Assembly: GCA_963931495.1 (NCBI GenBank)
Contig: OZ007020.1
Location: forward strand, 90,001-122,000
Direction: 5' to 3'
Length of the DNA stretch: 32,000 bases
Source of the DNA: an uncultured Alphaproteobacteria bacterium
GTDB lineage: Bacteria > Pseudomonadota > Alphaproteobacteria > Rs-D84
Shown: in pieces, positions 1-10,291 of the stretch
How positions within the stretch are numbered: the first letter of the stretch is position 1
Layout of the letters: each line of letters starts with the position of its first letter
The notes under the pieces: model-generated
Seen by the model: only the letters and a program-made list of their open reading frames with translations
Databases searched by the model: none
Told to the model about the DNA's origin: nothing
Program-made: the position numbers and the translations under genes

Positions 1-1043
<1,043 letters not shown>

Positions 1044-1380
1044 CAAAAAAACCTGTGTTTAAGTCCTGTGCATACTTCAAACAAACCTGACATATATATT
1101 CAGTTCGTCTTTACATGATTATAAATTCGCAAGACAAGTTTTTAACGAGGTTTAATATGTAAACCTACTACCTGTCCAGGATATGCACATTTGACTTAGT
1201 CAAAGTTTGGATATTTCCAAATTCAACTGTCTGCACATCCCTTCTTGAATTTGATGAGCTGCTTTTATTCACAATGTTTGCGTAATTAATGGAACCCACT
1301 TTTCATTGGTCGTTCCGTTAACCGCAGAATTTCAGGGGTTGAGATTTCGTTTCTTCCGTTCCCAACTTGAAAGCCCGTAT

Positions 1381-1409
1381 AGTATGTGTGCAAATCAATC
1401 AAAAGTCAA
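1381..1409 (-). promoter_or_regulatory. Candidate rRNA promoter (sigma70-like) with an A/T-rich UP-like tract upstream
   Basis: On the minus strand: TTGACT (rc of 1404-1409), 17 nt, CATACT (rc of 1381-1386). An A/T-rich tract lies immediately upstream (rc of ~1410-1445, including TTTTTTTGAAATTATTTTCAACAAAATG). The site is ~330 nt upstream of the mature 16S 5' end. Motif match only. Confidence 0.35.
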
Positions 1410-1760
1410 GCATTTTGTTGAAAATAATTTCAAAAAAATTCCCAACCCAGGAAAAAATGCCGGATTTGCGCCATTTTAACCAGATTACATTTTTATATTT
1501 TGTCATACAAATCCCCATCAGACGATTCGTAAAACGACAAAAACATGATTCGTTATGACAGAATTTATGTCCGCCAATCACGATTCGTTATTATTCATAC
1601 TTATTTTTACAAAAATGCAGGATTTGCACCGTTGGTTGAAAATACCCAACACGGCGGGTCACTGTTATATATAGGTCTGGGATTTATAATGTCAAGTACA
1701 AACACCAAATTGATTTTTGATATTCATATCCAGATGCCCGGCATAGTACGCAATATGTGA

Positions 1761-1795
1761 AAAAAAAAACGCCCCGATATGGGGCCGTTTTTTTT
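1761..1795. terminator. Bidirectional rho-independent terminator
   Basis: A10, then stem GCCCC (1771-1775), loop GATAT, stem GGGGC (1781-1785), then CG and T8. The structure has a U-tract in both orientations. It directly abuts the stop codon (1794-1796) of the minus-strand gene 1794-3194. Confidence 0.8.
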
Positions 1796-3194
1796 ATGGA
1801 CACACAGATAACTGTTTCAACACATTTTGTACGTCGTTATTCACAGAAACAGTAACTTCGCGTTGCAGGCCATCTGTATATGTGTAATAAAACTTGTAAT
1901 CTGCAAATTCCGGAAACGCGGCATATGCCTGTTCAAACGGCGCCAACATCGCCTGGAACCATTGCCGCCCGCGACACAGACATCCGTTACGTACGTCTGC
2001 TGCGACCGCCGCCGTTGCCGTATTTGGATATTTGGTATCCAGTTCATCATCTGTCATCATCAGACAACGCGCACCAAATCCGTAAAAATTCGCATCGTCA
2101 GACATAAATTTATATACCAATCCATCTGATGCACCGGCCTGTTTCAGTGAATACACCATGCCATCTGTACAGCATGCGTTCGCAGAACTCATTAACATCT
2201 TGTAACGTTCCAGCAATGGCGCCGCCAACGGGTTATTCGCCGTAATTGTTTTATCACACCGTGCCGCCGCGATAAAATCGTCCATTAAATCTGTTCTGAC
2301 CTTTGGACTGCGTGGCGATACCGTTTCACGAATTATCGGTTTTCTGCGCCATATTTCGCATTCTGTATCCGTTTCAAATGGGCACCCGTCACTGCGCCCG
2401 AATGTAACCGTCACCAATTCTGTTAAATCTTGGGCGACATATTCAGGGCGTGGCGCCGGCAATGTTATCTTTTGTTGTGGCGCGCAATCAACCATTGTGA
2501 CATTTTCTTCGGTTGTGACTGTTTTAACACCACTGTCCGCGCAATCTTTATCAATTGTGACATCTGTTGTCGTGGTATCGGCCAACCATAAATTTTCAGA
2601 TGGCATTTTTGGGGCCAGCAACGCTTCAACCCGCGCGCGCGTTTCGGCCATTTCCGCCATATTAGATTTGTATAAATTTATAACATCCGTATCAGACGGT
2701 TTGTATGGATTCTGTTCAACATATGTTGCAACCGGCGCATTCGGCACATCGCCATCGCGAATATATAATTCTGGCATCGGGCGCAAGAACCAGTCACTGT
2801 AATCCTTGTACTTGTAACTGGACACAGAATCGTCCCATATTGGTGCCCCATCCCATTTATCCACCGTTTTGTCATATCCGGTGATTTCATATTCACTGGT
2901 CGTGCCGTCCCATAACTTTGGACGCGTATCTTCGGGCACCGGTTTGATAGATAACAATTTTACAGAACGCATCGGCATCTGGTACGACGACACATACTGA
3001 ACCGGGGCCGCATACTGTGGCACCGCCGGAACCATGCCGTGTTGCGCAACATCCGGCACAGTACCGTACATCGGCGCCGGCGGCATAATAATTGGGTCAA
3101 TACGGCACCCGTCGCCAACGCAATCGGATGCCATAACAGATGTCGCCCCGCACAACCCCAGCAGGGACGAAAAAATCAAAATCCGTTTCTTCAT
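1794..3194 (-). CDS. Exported Cys-rich protein, unknown function (466 aa)
   Basis: Long ORF with a Sec-type signal peptide, MKKRILIFSSLLGLCGATSVMA|SD. I count 14 Cys. A terminator lies directly downstream. I do not recognise a named domain. Confidence 0.8.
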   Translation of the reverse strand: MKKRILIFSSLLGLCGATSVMASDCVGDGCRIDPIIMPPAPMYGTVPDVAQHGMVPAVPQYAAPVQYVSSYQMPMRSVKLLSIKPVPEDTRPKLWDGTTSEYEITGYDKTVDKWDGAPIWDDSVSSYKYKDYSDWFLRPMPELYIRDGDVPNAPVATYVEQNPYKPSDTDVINLYKSNMAEMAETRARVEALLAPKMPSENLWLADTTTTDVTIDKDCADSGVKTVTTEENVTMVDCAPQQKITLPAPRPEYVAQDLTELVTVTFGRSDGCPFETDTECEIWRRKPIIRETVSPRSPKVRTDLMDDFIAAARCDKTITANNPLAAPLLERYKMLMSSANACCTDGMVYSLKQAGASDGLVYKFMSDDANFYGFGARCLMMTDDELDTKYPNTATAAVAADVRNGCLCRGRQWFQAMLAPFEQAYAAFPEFADYKFYYTYTDGLQREVTVSVNNDVQNVLKQLSVCP

Positions 3195-3253
3195 ATATTG
3201 AATAATATCACAAAAGAAAATCTTTTTGAATACAAATTTACATGATTTTTATG

Positions 3254-3283
3254 TTGAGATTATTTTCTTGTTTTTGTTATAGT
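3254..3283 (+). promoter_or_regulatory. Candidate extended -10 promoter for the OMP gene
   Basis: TTGAGA (3254-3259), 18 nt, then TGtTATAGT (TG at 3275-3276, TATAGT at 3278-3283). It lies ~25 nt upstream of the RBS and ATG at 3309. Confidence 0.4.
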
Positions 3284-3308
3284 GACCAGAAACAGCAAAG
3301 GGGAAACA

Positions 3309-4250
3309 ATGAAAAAATATATCGCTTTGATGATGGTGCCTGCGCTAGCAATGCCGGCATTTGCAAACGAAACAGAAACATCCGATTTGACCGAAGAAAC
3401 AATCGCGGTGGCGGATGCAACCGACGCTGTGGAATCTGGGGCCAGCGTGACGGATACAGACACGGGGACATCTGTGTGGAATGATCCAGCCGCCAAATTT
3501 CCAAATGGGTTACAGTTTGGTGTCGGGATTTCTGCGACCAGTGGACTAAATGGATTTATTGGATACGCAAATAAAGATTTTGATTCTTTTTGGTTAAAGC
3601 GTATTGGTGTACGCTTGGACTTTGCAGGAACCGCCCCGGTAAAATCAATGATAAATTCGGGGATTGATTCAATTATGGGCGACGGATTTGATATGGGCGA
3701 TGGACTGGCCATTACAGATGCCGGTATCGGGGCCCAACATTTTGCCGCATTAATTGATATATATCCATTCGGGAATACATGGTTCTTGGGCGGAATCAGA
3801 ATCACCGGCGGTTATTATTGGGGTGATTTAGAATTAAGCGCGCGTTTAAGTGGCGAAATTAGCGATTTACCAGATGACGAACTGTCGTTCACATTGGATG
3901 ACAAGACTTACAGATATGTCGGGAATCAAATGAATGCATCGGCAAATCTGAACTGGAATACCAGTGGGCCATACTTGGGTGCCGGTTTTGATTTAGGATT
4001 GTTCGCAGGTTTCAAAATATATCTGGATGCCGGTGTTGTGTTCACCAGCCAGGCCGCGCAACTGGGGCTGGATATACCGGTGGATAATCTGCAAGTTATG
4101 GAAAACGGTCGCTGGGAACCGGTGGATAATCCACAACTGGAACAAGAATTAAATACGTCTGTTAATTCCGTGTTGGATGAAGTACAACCAGAATTAAATA
4201 AACTGACATTCTATCCGATTATAAAAATTGGATTTATGTATCGCTTTTAA
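3309..4250 (+). CDS. Outer-membrane beta-barrel protein (313 aa)
   Basis: I chose the internal ATG at 3309 (RBS AAAGGGGA at 3297-3304) because it opens a signal peptide, MKKYIALMMVPALAMPAFA|NE. The composition is Gly/aromatic-rich with alternating strands, and the C-terminus is ...KIGFMYRF with a terminal Phe, the typical OMP beta-signal. A terminator follows. Confidence 0.8.
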   Translation: MKKYIALMMVPALAMPAFANETETSDLTEETIAVADATDAVESGASVTDTDTGTSVWNDPAAKFPNGLQFGVGISATSGLNGFIGYANKDFDSFWLKRIGVRLDFAGTAPVKSMINSGIDSIMGDGFDMGDGLAITDAGIGAQHFAALIDIYPFGNTWFLGGIRITGGYYWGDLELSARLSGEISDLPDDELSFTLDDKTYRYVGNQMNASANLNWNTSGPYLGAGFDLGLFAGFKIYLDAGVVFTSQAAQLGLDIPVDNLQVMENGRWEPVDNPQLEQELNTSVNSVLDEVQPELNKLTFYPIIKIGFMYRF

Positions 4251-4251
4251 T

Positions 4252-4277
4252 AAAAATCCGCCAAACGGCGGATTTTT
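4252..4277. terminator. Bidirectional rho-independent terminator between convergent genes
   Basis: Stem AAATCCGCC (4254-4262), loop AAAC, stem GGCGGATTT (4267-4275), flanked by A-runs and T-runs. It sits between the stop at 4248-4250 (+) and the stop at 4276-4278 (-). Confidence 0.8.
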
Positions 4278-4512
4278 ATTTTTTCTTTAATATTTGCTTT
4301 TGCAATTTTAATATTTCGTTTTCACGTGTTTTGATGGTGCCGATTAATCGCATATTTTCTTGGCGCAGCGCATCAATATCACGACGATTAATCTGTATTT
4401 CGGCGGTCAAACTGCGGTTTTTATGCCGGTTAAACACCAACATTATCAATGCCCCCATTACCGCACCAATTGTTCCAACAGTCAAATCATATAAAACATC
4501 TGTTATAACCAT
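4276..4512 (-). CDS. Small membrane-anchored coiled-coil protein (78 aa), hypothetical
   Basis: An N-terminal hydrophobic helix (LTVGTIGAVMGALIMLVF) is followed by a charged heptad-like tail (RRDIDALRQENMRLIGTIKTRENEILKLQKQILKKK). A terminator lies right after the stop. There is no clear SD. Confidence 0.5.
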   Translation of the reverse strand: MVITDVLYDLTVGTIGAVMGALIMLVFNRHKNRSLTAEIQINRRDIDALRQENMRLIGTIKTRENEILKLQKQILKKK

Positions 4513-4545
4513 GTCTGGAATATAACAGATATAATATTTTTTGCA

Positions 4546-5148
4546 CTAGGCAGATTTTCTTAATCCTGTTTTGCGGTCAATCCATACGGCTTCATCTGCG
4601 ATTTCCATCAATGGCATATCAGACGCGCTGTCTGAATATGCACGCACAACATGTGGAATAATTTTATTCTTGGCCGCCCATTTGTCCATTGCGACAACTT
4701 TGTTTTTTCCCCAGCACAAAAATTCATACTGCCACGGTTTTTTTTCGTCCATGCGTGAACACAGAACCGCATCAAATTTCATATCGCGCACCAGTTGCGG
4801 GATAAAATAGTCTGGACTGGCCGAAATCAGCAAAACAATGCGGCCCGCCGCACGTTCTTTGGCAACCTGGTCTGCGGCCCATCCAAATCGTTCGCGCCGA
4901 TGCTGGCAAACAAAGCCCGGAACAAAGTGTTGAATCATATCCGGGGTTAAGAAACGTCGCATCATTTGCCGCCACCAAATGCCCGCCGGATTTAACATGC
5001 GCCCAACCGCCGCAATCCCAATCAGCGGCGCAAACAACCACGGACGACCAGAATTACGAAAACAATATTTGGCAAATTCCATATTAGAATCATGCGCAGA
5101 CAATGTTCCATCAAAATCAAAAACAACAACGTCTTCTTTTCTTAACAT
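4546..5148 (-). CDS. HAD-superfamily hydrolase (HAD-IB / phosphoserine-phosphatase-like), 200 aa
   Basis: The N-terminal motif I is VVVFDFDGTL (DxDGT). SASP looks like motif II, and a late KxxxxxxxxxxxxxxxxxxYSDSxSD acidic motif is typical of HAD-IB enzymes. Confidence 0.8.
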   Translation of the reverse strand: MLRKEDVVVFDFDGTLSAHDSNMEFAKYCFRNSGRPWLFAPLIGIAAVGRMLNPAGIWWRQMMRRFLTPDMIQHFVPGFVCQHRRERFGWAADQVAKERAAGRIVLLISASPDYFIPQLVRDMKFDAVLCSRMDEKKPWQYEFLCWGKNKVVAMDKWAAKNKIIPHVVRAYSDSASDMPLMEIADEAVWIDRKTGLRKSA

Positions 5149-5211
5149 ATTATATTTTCCTTGTTAATTAAACATGGTCGCATTATATAACGGTATATTT
5201 TATCATGCAAA

Positions 5212-5234
5212 TAAAAACGGGGTGCACCCCGTTT
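5212..5234 (-). terminator. Rho-independent terminator of the efflux operon
   Basis: The palindrome AAACGGGG-TGCA-CCCCGTTT (5215-5234) lies immediately after the RND stop codon (5235-5237). In the minus orientation it is followed by TTTTAT. Confidence 0.75.
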
Positions 5235-8200
5235 CTATTTTTTATTGCGATGTTTTAACCGTTGCCGTCCGCGTTCAACCAAAAAGAACAATGCCGGGGT
5301 TAATACGAATGTAAATATCATACTGGCCATCATTCCGCCAATCATAACCGCGGCCATTGCAACCTTTAATCCGTCTGAACTCCATAATTGCGGCAACATG
5401 CCGGTCATAACAGCAATTGATGTCATCAGAATCATAGACTGTTTGGACTTTAATTCCGACCACAGGGCATCATATGCACGTTCGCCGTTTGCAATACGAT
5501 TAACGGTTGGTTCCAAAACCAGAATATTATTATTAACCACCAATCCAACCAACATCACAAACGACACCATCGCGCCAACATTCATTGATGCCCCAGACAA
5601 GAACATCAATGCAAATACGCCGGCAAAACTGGTTATGATAGATGTTGCAATCGTAAATGGATGTGCCAGTGAATTCAGAATTGCTGCCAGCAACATGTAC
5701 GTCAATATAACCGCCAGCAAGAATGCCATGCCAATTTCACTGGTCGTTTCGCTTTGGATTTCAGACATACCACCGAATTCCGCGCCATACCCGGCATCCC
5801 AGTTAATTTTGGCAATGGCGGCCTGGATTTTTTTCTGGACCGGCCCCATTGTAGATTTACCAATATTAACGTCTATTTCGGTAATTCTGTTTTTATCAAT
5901 ACGGCTGATATTCGGCGTTGCGTTCACATGCTGGATATCCCCCAGTGACGACAATGGCACCATTCCTTTCTGAGAATTAACAAACACATCATCAAACACA
6001 GACACATTTTTGAATGGTTCGGCCAGTTCCAAAATAATCGGATATTCTTCGCCATTTTCTTTATACTTATAACTGTCGTTACCATACAAGGCCGTACGCA
6101 GCGTCATGCCAGCATAAGAATTACTGACGCCCCAGAAATTCATTTTTTCTTGATTTGGAACAAATCGTGTTTCTTTGCCGGGTTCTTGCTGGGCCAAAAC
6201 GGCTGTTTGGACTTCGGGAATCTGGTTTATCATATCCAGAATTTGATTGGCATATGCGTTTCGCTTGTCATCATCTTCGCCGTATATGTTCAGTACAATA
6301 TCCGCCGATGATGCCCCCGCTGATATCGCCGCACCAGCCCGTATTTGAATTTCAACATCTGGGATGTCTGATAGCACCGGCATAATCTTGCGCGCCAATT
6401 CTTTATCAGATATATCACGTTCAGAAACATCCGACAATGTTAATTTAATTGCAATATTCTGTAATCCCCGTTCACCGATTTTTACAGACACAGCACGAAC
6501 GTCATCAAACTGGGCCACGCGCGATTCAATCTGCTTGGCAATTTCAGACGATTTTTCGTATGTTGCCCCCATCGGTGCACGCGCAGTTATGTTTATTTCA
6601 TTTGTATCTGTGGCTGGGGTGAATTCATTACCAACAAATCGCATCAGCATCACAGAACCAATCAATATCGCCACAGCCATTATAACAACACGCCACGGAT
6701 GTGCATGCTGGTAATCAAACCAACGACGCAAACCAGATTTCGGCAATGATTCAGTAGTGTTTTTATCGTCCGCGATAACGCGTGCACGAACCGTTTTGGC
6801 ATTTTGTGTTTTCTTAGTTTGGCGTTTTTGTGATATTCGTAATATTTTGGCAATCATCATCGGGGTCAATGTGAACGAGAATACCAATGACAGCAACGTT
6901 AAATAAACAACTGTTAATCCAAACTGGTTCATAAACTGTCCAGCAATTCCGCCCATAAATGCCAACGGCAAGAACACAACAACATTTGTTCCAACCCCCG
7001 CCAGTACGGATACCCATACTTTTTTAGTACCGTCAATTGCGGCATCTTCGGGATTTTTGCCGTGGCGCATTTCTTGTAACGCAGATTCAATCAGAATAAT
7101 TGCGTTTGATACCAGTGTTCCCAACGCCGATGAATATGCCAACAATGTCATTGCATTGATTGTAAAATTACTGAAATCCATAAAAAAGAATCCGGCAATT
7201 AATGACGCTGGTATCACAACACCGGCAATAATTGTTGAACGCCAATTGCGCGTAAACGCCAACAAAACAAGAACTGTAAATAATATCCCCAGCAATATAC
7301 CACCGATGGTACCGTACGTTTCGTCTGCAACAGAAACAGAAGAATCAGAAATTATTTCCATTGTAGCGCCCGGAAAACGTGATTCTAAATCATCTTGAAA
7401 TTCGGGCATTTGTTTGCGCAATTGACGCGAAATGTTAATTGCATTACCATCAGATGATTTTATAACAGACGCAATAATAACTTCTTGGCCATTATATCGG
7501 GCACCATTTTCAATGTCACGGGCAACATCACTGACCGATGCAACGTCAATCAGTTTGAATGTTTGGCCTTCCATAGTGGTCAGTTGCAAATTGGCAATTT
7601 CATCAACACTGCTGAATTCACCGACAAAGCGCACAGTGGATGAATCAAGACCATATTCAATTTTTCCACCAGGAACATTTATATTGTGTGACCCCAACGC
7701 AGATACCACATCTATCAGCGTTGCGCCATTGGCGGCCAATAAATCAGGATTAACCGCAATACGAATTGCACGTGTTTCGCCGCCGAATACGGACACATTG
7801 GCAACACCCGCAATCCCCGTCAGTTTGTTTGATAATACATTATCCGCATATTCTTGCAAATCACGTAAATTATCACCGGCAATCATTATATCCATAACCG
7901 GTTGTTCCAATGGATTCAATTTTTCAACAACAGGCTGTTCCATATCTGCGGGAAAATCCGATATCAACGAATCCAGTTTTGTTTTTACCTCGCTTGCTTT
8001 GTCATTAACATCAACGCCGATATTAAATTCGGCCATTACAAAACCGCCATTTTCAAATGCCTGGGATGTTATTTTTTTGACTTCGGATACTTCGGATATC
8101 GCATCTTCGGCGCGTTTAATAATTTGGGATTCTATTTCTGCGGGGGCCGCCCCAGGATATATAAACGTTGCCGTTACCATCGGCAAATCTATCGCCGGCG

Positions 8201-8303
8201 TGCGTTCAATGTTCATTTTCGGAAATGATACTAATCCCAATACAACCCAGAACAAAACAAACATTATTGTCGTAATTGGACGACGCACAAAAAACTTTAA
8301 CAT
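5235..8303 (-). CDS. RND efflux transporter, inner-membrane permease (AcrB/HAE1-like), 1022 aa
   Basis: Typical RND N-terminus MLKFFVRRPITTIMFVLFWVVLGLVSFPKMNIERTPAIDLP. The size is ~1,020 aa with two large periplasmic loops and 12 hydrophobic segments. RBS AGGGGG lies ~9 nt upstream of the ATG at 8303. Confidence 0.95.
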   Translation of the reverse strand: MLKFFVRRPITTIMFVLFWVVLGLVSFPKMNIERTPAIDLPMVTATFIYPGAAPAEIESQIIKRAEDAISEVSEVKKITSQAFENGGFVMAEFNIGVDVNDKASEVKTKLDSLISDFPADMEQPVVEKLNPLEQPVMDIMIAGDNLRDLQEYADNVLSNKLTGIAGVANVSVFGGETRAIRIAVNPDLLAANGATLIDVVSALGSHNINVPGGKIEYGLDSSTVRFVGEFSSVDEIANLQLTTMEGQTFKLIDVASVSDVARDIENGARYNGQEVIIASVIKSSDGNAINISRQLRKQMPEFQDDLESRFPGATMEIISDSSVSVADETYGTIGGILLGILFTVLVLLAFTRNWRSTIIAGVVIPASLIAGFFFMDFSNFTINAMTLLAYSSALGTLVSNAIILIESALQEMRHGKNPEDAAIDGTKKVWVSVLAGVGTNVVVFLPLAFMGGIAGQFMNQFGLTVVYLTLLSLVFSFTLTPMMIAKILRISQKRQTKKTQNAKTVRARVIADDKNTTESLPKSGLRRWFDYQHAHPWRVVIMAVAILIGSVMLMRFVGNEFTPATDTNEINITARAPMGATYEKSSEIAKQIESRVAQFDDVRAVSVKIGERGLQNIAIKLTLSDVSERDISDKELARKIMPVLSDIPDVEIQIRAGAAISAGASSADIVLNIYGEDDDKRNAYANQILDMINQIPEVQTAVLAQQEPGKETRFVPNQEKMNFWGVSNSYAGMTLRTALYGNDSYKYKENGEEYPIILELAEPFKNVSVFDDVFVNSQKGMVPLSSLGDIQHVNATPNISRIDKNRITEIDVNIGKSTMGPVQKKIQAAIAKINWDAGYGAEFGGMSEIQSETTSEIGMAFLLAVILTYMLLAAILNSLAHPFTIATSIITSFAGVFALMFLSGASMNVGAMVSFVMLVGLVVNNNILVLEPTVNRIANGERAYDALWSELKSKQSMILMTSIAVMTGMLPQLWSSDGLKVAMAAVMIGGMMASMIFTFVLTPALFFLVERGRQRLKHRNKK

Positions 8304-8348
8304 GATAAATAACCCCCTGTGATAAAAAACGTAATTATGGAATTGATA

Positions 8349-8948
8349 TTATTTTTGTATCCGAACTTTATCACCCGCATCAACGTGCGATAAAATCACA
8401 ACATCACCATCGCCCAGTCCGTCAACCATCGCAAAATCGGCATCTTGGCGCAGGATGGTGATATTACGTGGGGTGGCCGTACTGTTTTCATCAACAACCA
8501 TAACAGCATTATTATCAATCGCCGCCAGTGGCACAAAATAGCCATCTGATTGGAATTCAGCGTATTGTAATCCATCTGATGCGCCACGCGTACGTACAAC
8601 ATGCATTCCAGTGTTCAAATCAACATTTTTTGATACAGATATAATTTCGCCGGCACCGACACGTTGGCCTGGGGCCAATTTGCCGACACGGGTCGCAGAT
8701 ATTAGTGCACGGTTGTTTTTTATTTCAATGGGTTCGTGCAACGTACCTGGGATGCGGCGCATTTCCATCACATATACAGGCGCCCCAACATCCAATGCGT
8801 TTCGGACCGGATTAAATATTGCGCGGGCATTTTCTGCGCCAATGGCGGCACAACGAAACACAAACCAACCAACCAAGGCAATTGCGCATGCACCGTACAA
8901 GAATTTCTTTGTTTTTTGTGGTTCCAGTTTTGTCGTAACAGATTTCAT
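8349..8948 (-). CDS. Unusually short periplasmic adaptor (membrane-fusion-protein-like), 199 aa
   Basis: An N-terminal TM anchor (FLYGACAIALVGWFVF) is present. The C-terminal part resembles the MFP beta-barrel and membrane-proximal domains, ending in the typical ...VDGLGDGDVVILSHVDAGDKVRI. Its position between the tolC-like and RND genes supports the call. RBS AGGTGA is present, and the start lies 2 nt after the tolC-like stop. Confidence 0.7.
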   Translation of the reverse strand: MKSVTTKLEPQKTKKFLYGACAIALVGWFVFRCAAIGAENARAIFNPVRNALDVGAPVYVMEMRRIPGTLHEPIEIKNNRALISATRVGKLAPGQRVGAGEIISVSKNVDLNTGMHVVRTRGASDGLQYAEFQSDGYFVPLAAIDNNAVMVVDENSTATPRNITILRQDADFAMVDGLGDGDVVILSHVDAGDKVRIQK

Positions 8949-8950
8949 CT

Positions 8951-10291
8951 TTATTCACCTAGTTTTTTAACTGATTCTGCCGCCATCAAGATATTATATT
9001 TTGCGTTCAGCAGCGCCATATCCAATTGATACAGACCGGCGGATACTTCGGACAATTCAACCGCAGACGTTTGTCCGGCGGCAAAACGTTCGCTGGAAAA
9101 CTTATATGCCTTGGCGGCCAAGTCACGTGCGTTTTCCAATGTTTTCAGATTTCCACGCAAATGATTATACTGGTCAATTGCACGATTGTATTCTTCGGTT
9201 GTTAATTTTTTCGCCTTGTCCAAATCTTGACGTGCAGATTCCGCATTCATCGCCTCAACCGTGGCATTAGCCATATTTAATCCGCCGGAAAAAATCGGCA
9301 CCTGTAACGCAACGCCCCAATATCCGGACTGGGTATTAATACTGTCGCTGTGAAACAGGTTATTAAAATCTTGGTCCAGTGTTATGTAATTATACGACGC
9401 CGTTGCCGCCAATGTTGGCAACGCATTTGCACGTTGGGCGCGAACATTGCGTTCATACATCTGGATTTGTTCATTCAACATATCCCATTGTGGGGTTGAC
9501 GTTAATTCCCCCGCATTCAAATCATCAAAAGTTTTTGGAAATTCGTCCGTCAAATTTAATTCTTCATTAATATCAATCCCGGCCAGAATCTTTAACATTC
9601 TGTGCGCCGTATCACGATTGAATTCGGCGTTTGATAAATTAATTTCTTTGGTCGCAATATCTGATTCTATTTTGACCAGATTAATACGATTTGCGCGCCC
9701 AGCGGATGTCAGACTTTTCTTTGCATTACGTGCCGCATTCAAATCTGCGCGCGATATTTTAACAATTTCATCCGTCATTTTTGCCGTCCAATACAAATCA
9801 ACCGCGCTGTAACGTACCTGGCGTTGGGTCATTTCTTGACCAGCTTGGGCCATTTTGATTGCAGACTTGACACTTTTGACCGCGTTACCAATTTTACCAA
9901 ATGTGTAAATTGGCTGGGTAACAGAAATTCCCGCCATAAACATATTGTCCGGAATGTCTAATGTGCTGGACATCGGCTGTTGCGTCATTGCCGACACCAT
10001 TGCGCCAATTTCTGGGGGAATGTCTATGCCGTATGACTTGAACGGATTTTCCATATCAACAACATTCATATATGTTGCCGTACCTTCTATTTTGAACCAG
10101 CGATTTGCATTCACCGCATCCAGCGACGCTTCGGCTTTTTTTACATTGGCGGCGGCTTTTTTCAAATCTTGTGATTGGTCAAGAATCATATCCACCGCCG
10201 TATTCAACGACAAATCCATTGCGTGCGCACACGGCGCAAACACCATAACCGACAATACAACAACCGCCAGATTTAATTTACGCATTCGCAA
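8951..10291 (-). CDS. TolC-family outer-membrane efflux protein, 446 aa
   Basis: The signal peptide is MRMRKLNLAVVVLSVMVFAPCAHA, followed by the typical TolC opening LSLNTAVDMILDQSQDLKKAAANVKKAEASL. A second internal repeat follows (LTDEF...LNAGELTSTPQWDMLNEQIQMYERNVRAQRANALPTL), giving a two-fold repeat architecture. Confidence 0.9.
   Translation of the reverse strand: MRMRKLNLAVVVLSVMVFAPCAHAMDLSLNTAVDMILDQSQDLKKAAANVKKAEASLDAVNANRWFKIEGTATYMNVVDMENPFKSYGIDIPPEIGAMVSAMTQQPMSSTLDIPDNMFMAGISVTQPIYTFGKIGNAVKSVKSAIKMAQAGQEMTQRQVRYSAVDLYWTAKMTDEIVKISRADLNAARNAKKSLTSAGRANRINLVKIESDIATKEINLSNAEFNRDTAHRMLKILAGIDINEELNLTDEFPKTFDDLNAGELTSTPQWDMLNEQIQMYERNVRAQRANALPTLAATASYNYITLDQDFNNLFHSDSINTQSGYWGVALQVPIFSGGLNMANATVEAMNAESARQDLDKAKKLTTEEYNRAIDQYNHLRGNLKTLENARDLAAKAYKFSSERFAAGQTSAVELSEVSAGLYQLDMALLNAKYNILMAAESVKKLGE

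Noticed and set aside
1367-1760. Three overlapping 60-71-aa ORFs (1367-1558 +, 1399-1581 -, 1545-1760 +) in the rRNA upstream region
   Set aside because: They have the I/F/Y/K/R-rich composition typical of translated A/T-rich non-coding DNA. They have no SD, and they overlap one another on both strands. The only point in favour is that 1545-1760 ends right at the bidirectional terminator, which is not enough to call a gene.
3150-3194. Lipoprotein lipobox in the 466-aa protein (LLGLC)
   Set aside because: The -1 residue is Leu rather than Gly/Ala/Ser. Cleavage by signal peptidase I after VMA is more consistent.
3260-3805. 181-aa minus-strand ORF (plus a 75-aa ORF at 3277-3504)
   Set aside because: It is antisense to the well-supported OMP gene. 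The sequence is low-complexity and P/S/I-rich, with no start context.
5245-8322. Long plus-strand ORFs 5245-5973 (242 aa) and 7432-8322 (296 aa), and several shorter ones
   Set aside because: They are antisense to the RND permease, whose identity is unambiguous. The translations are I/T/S/N-rich and low-complexity.
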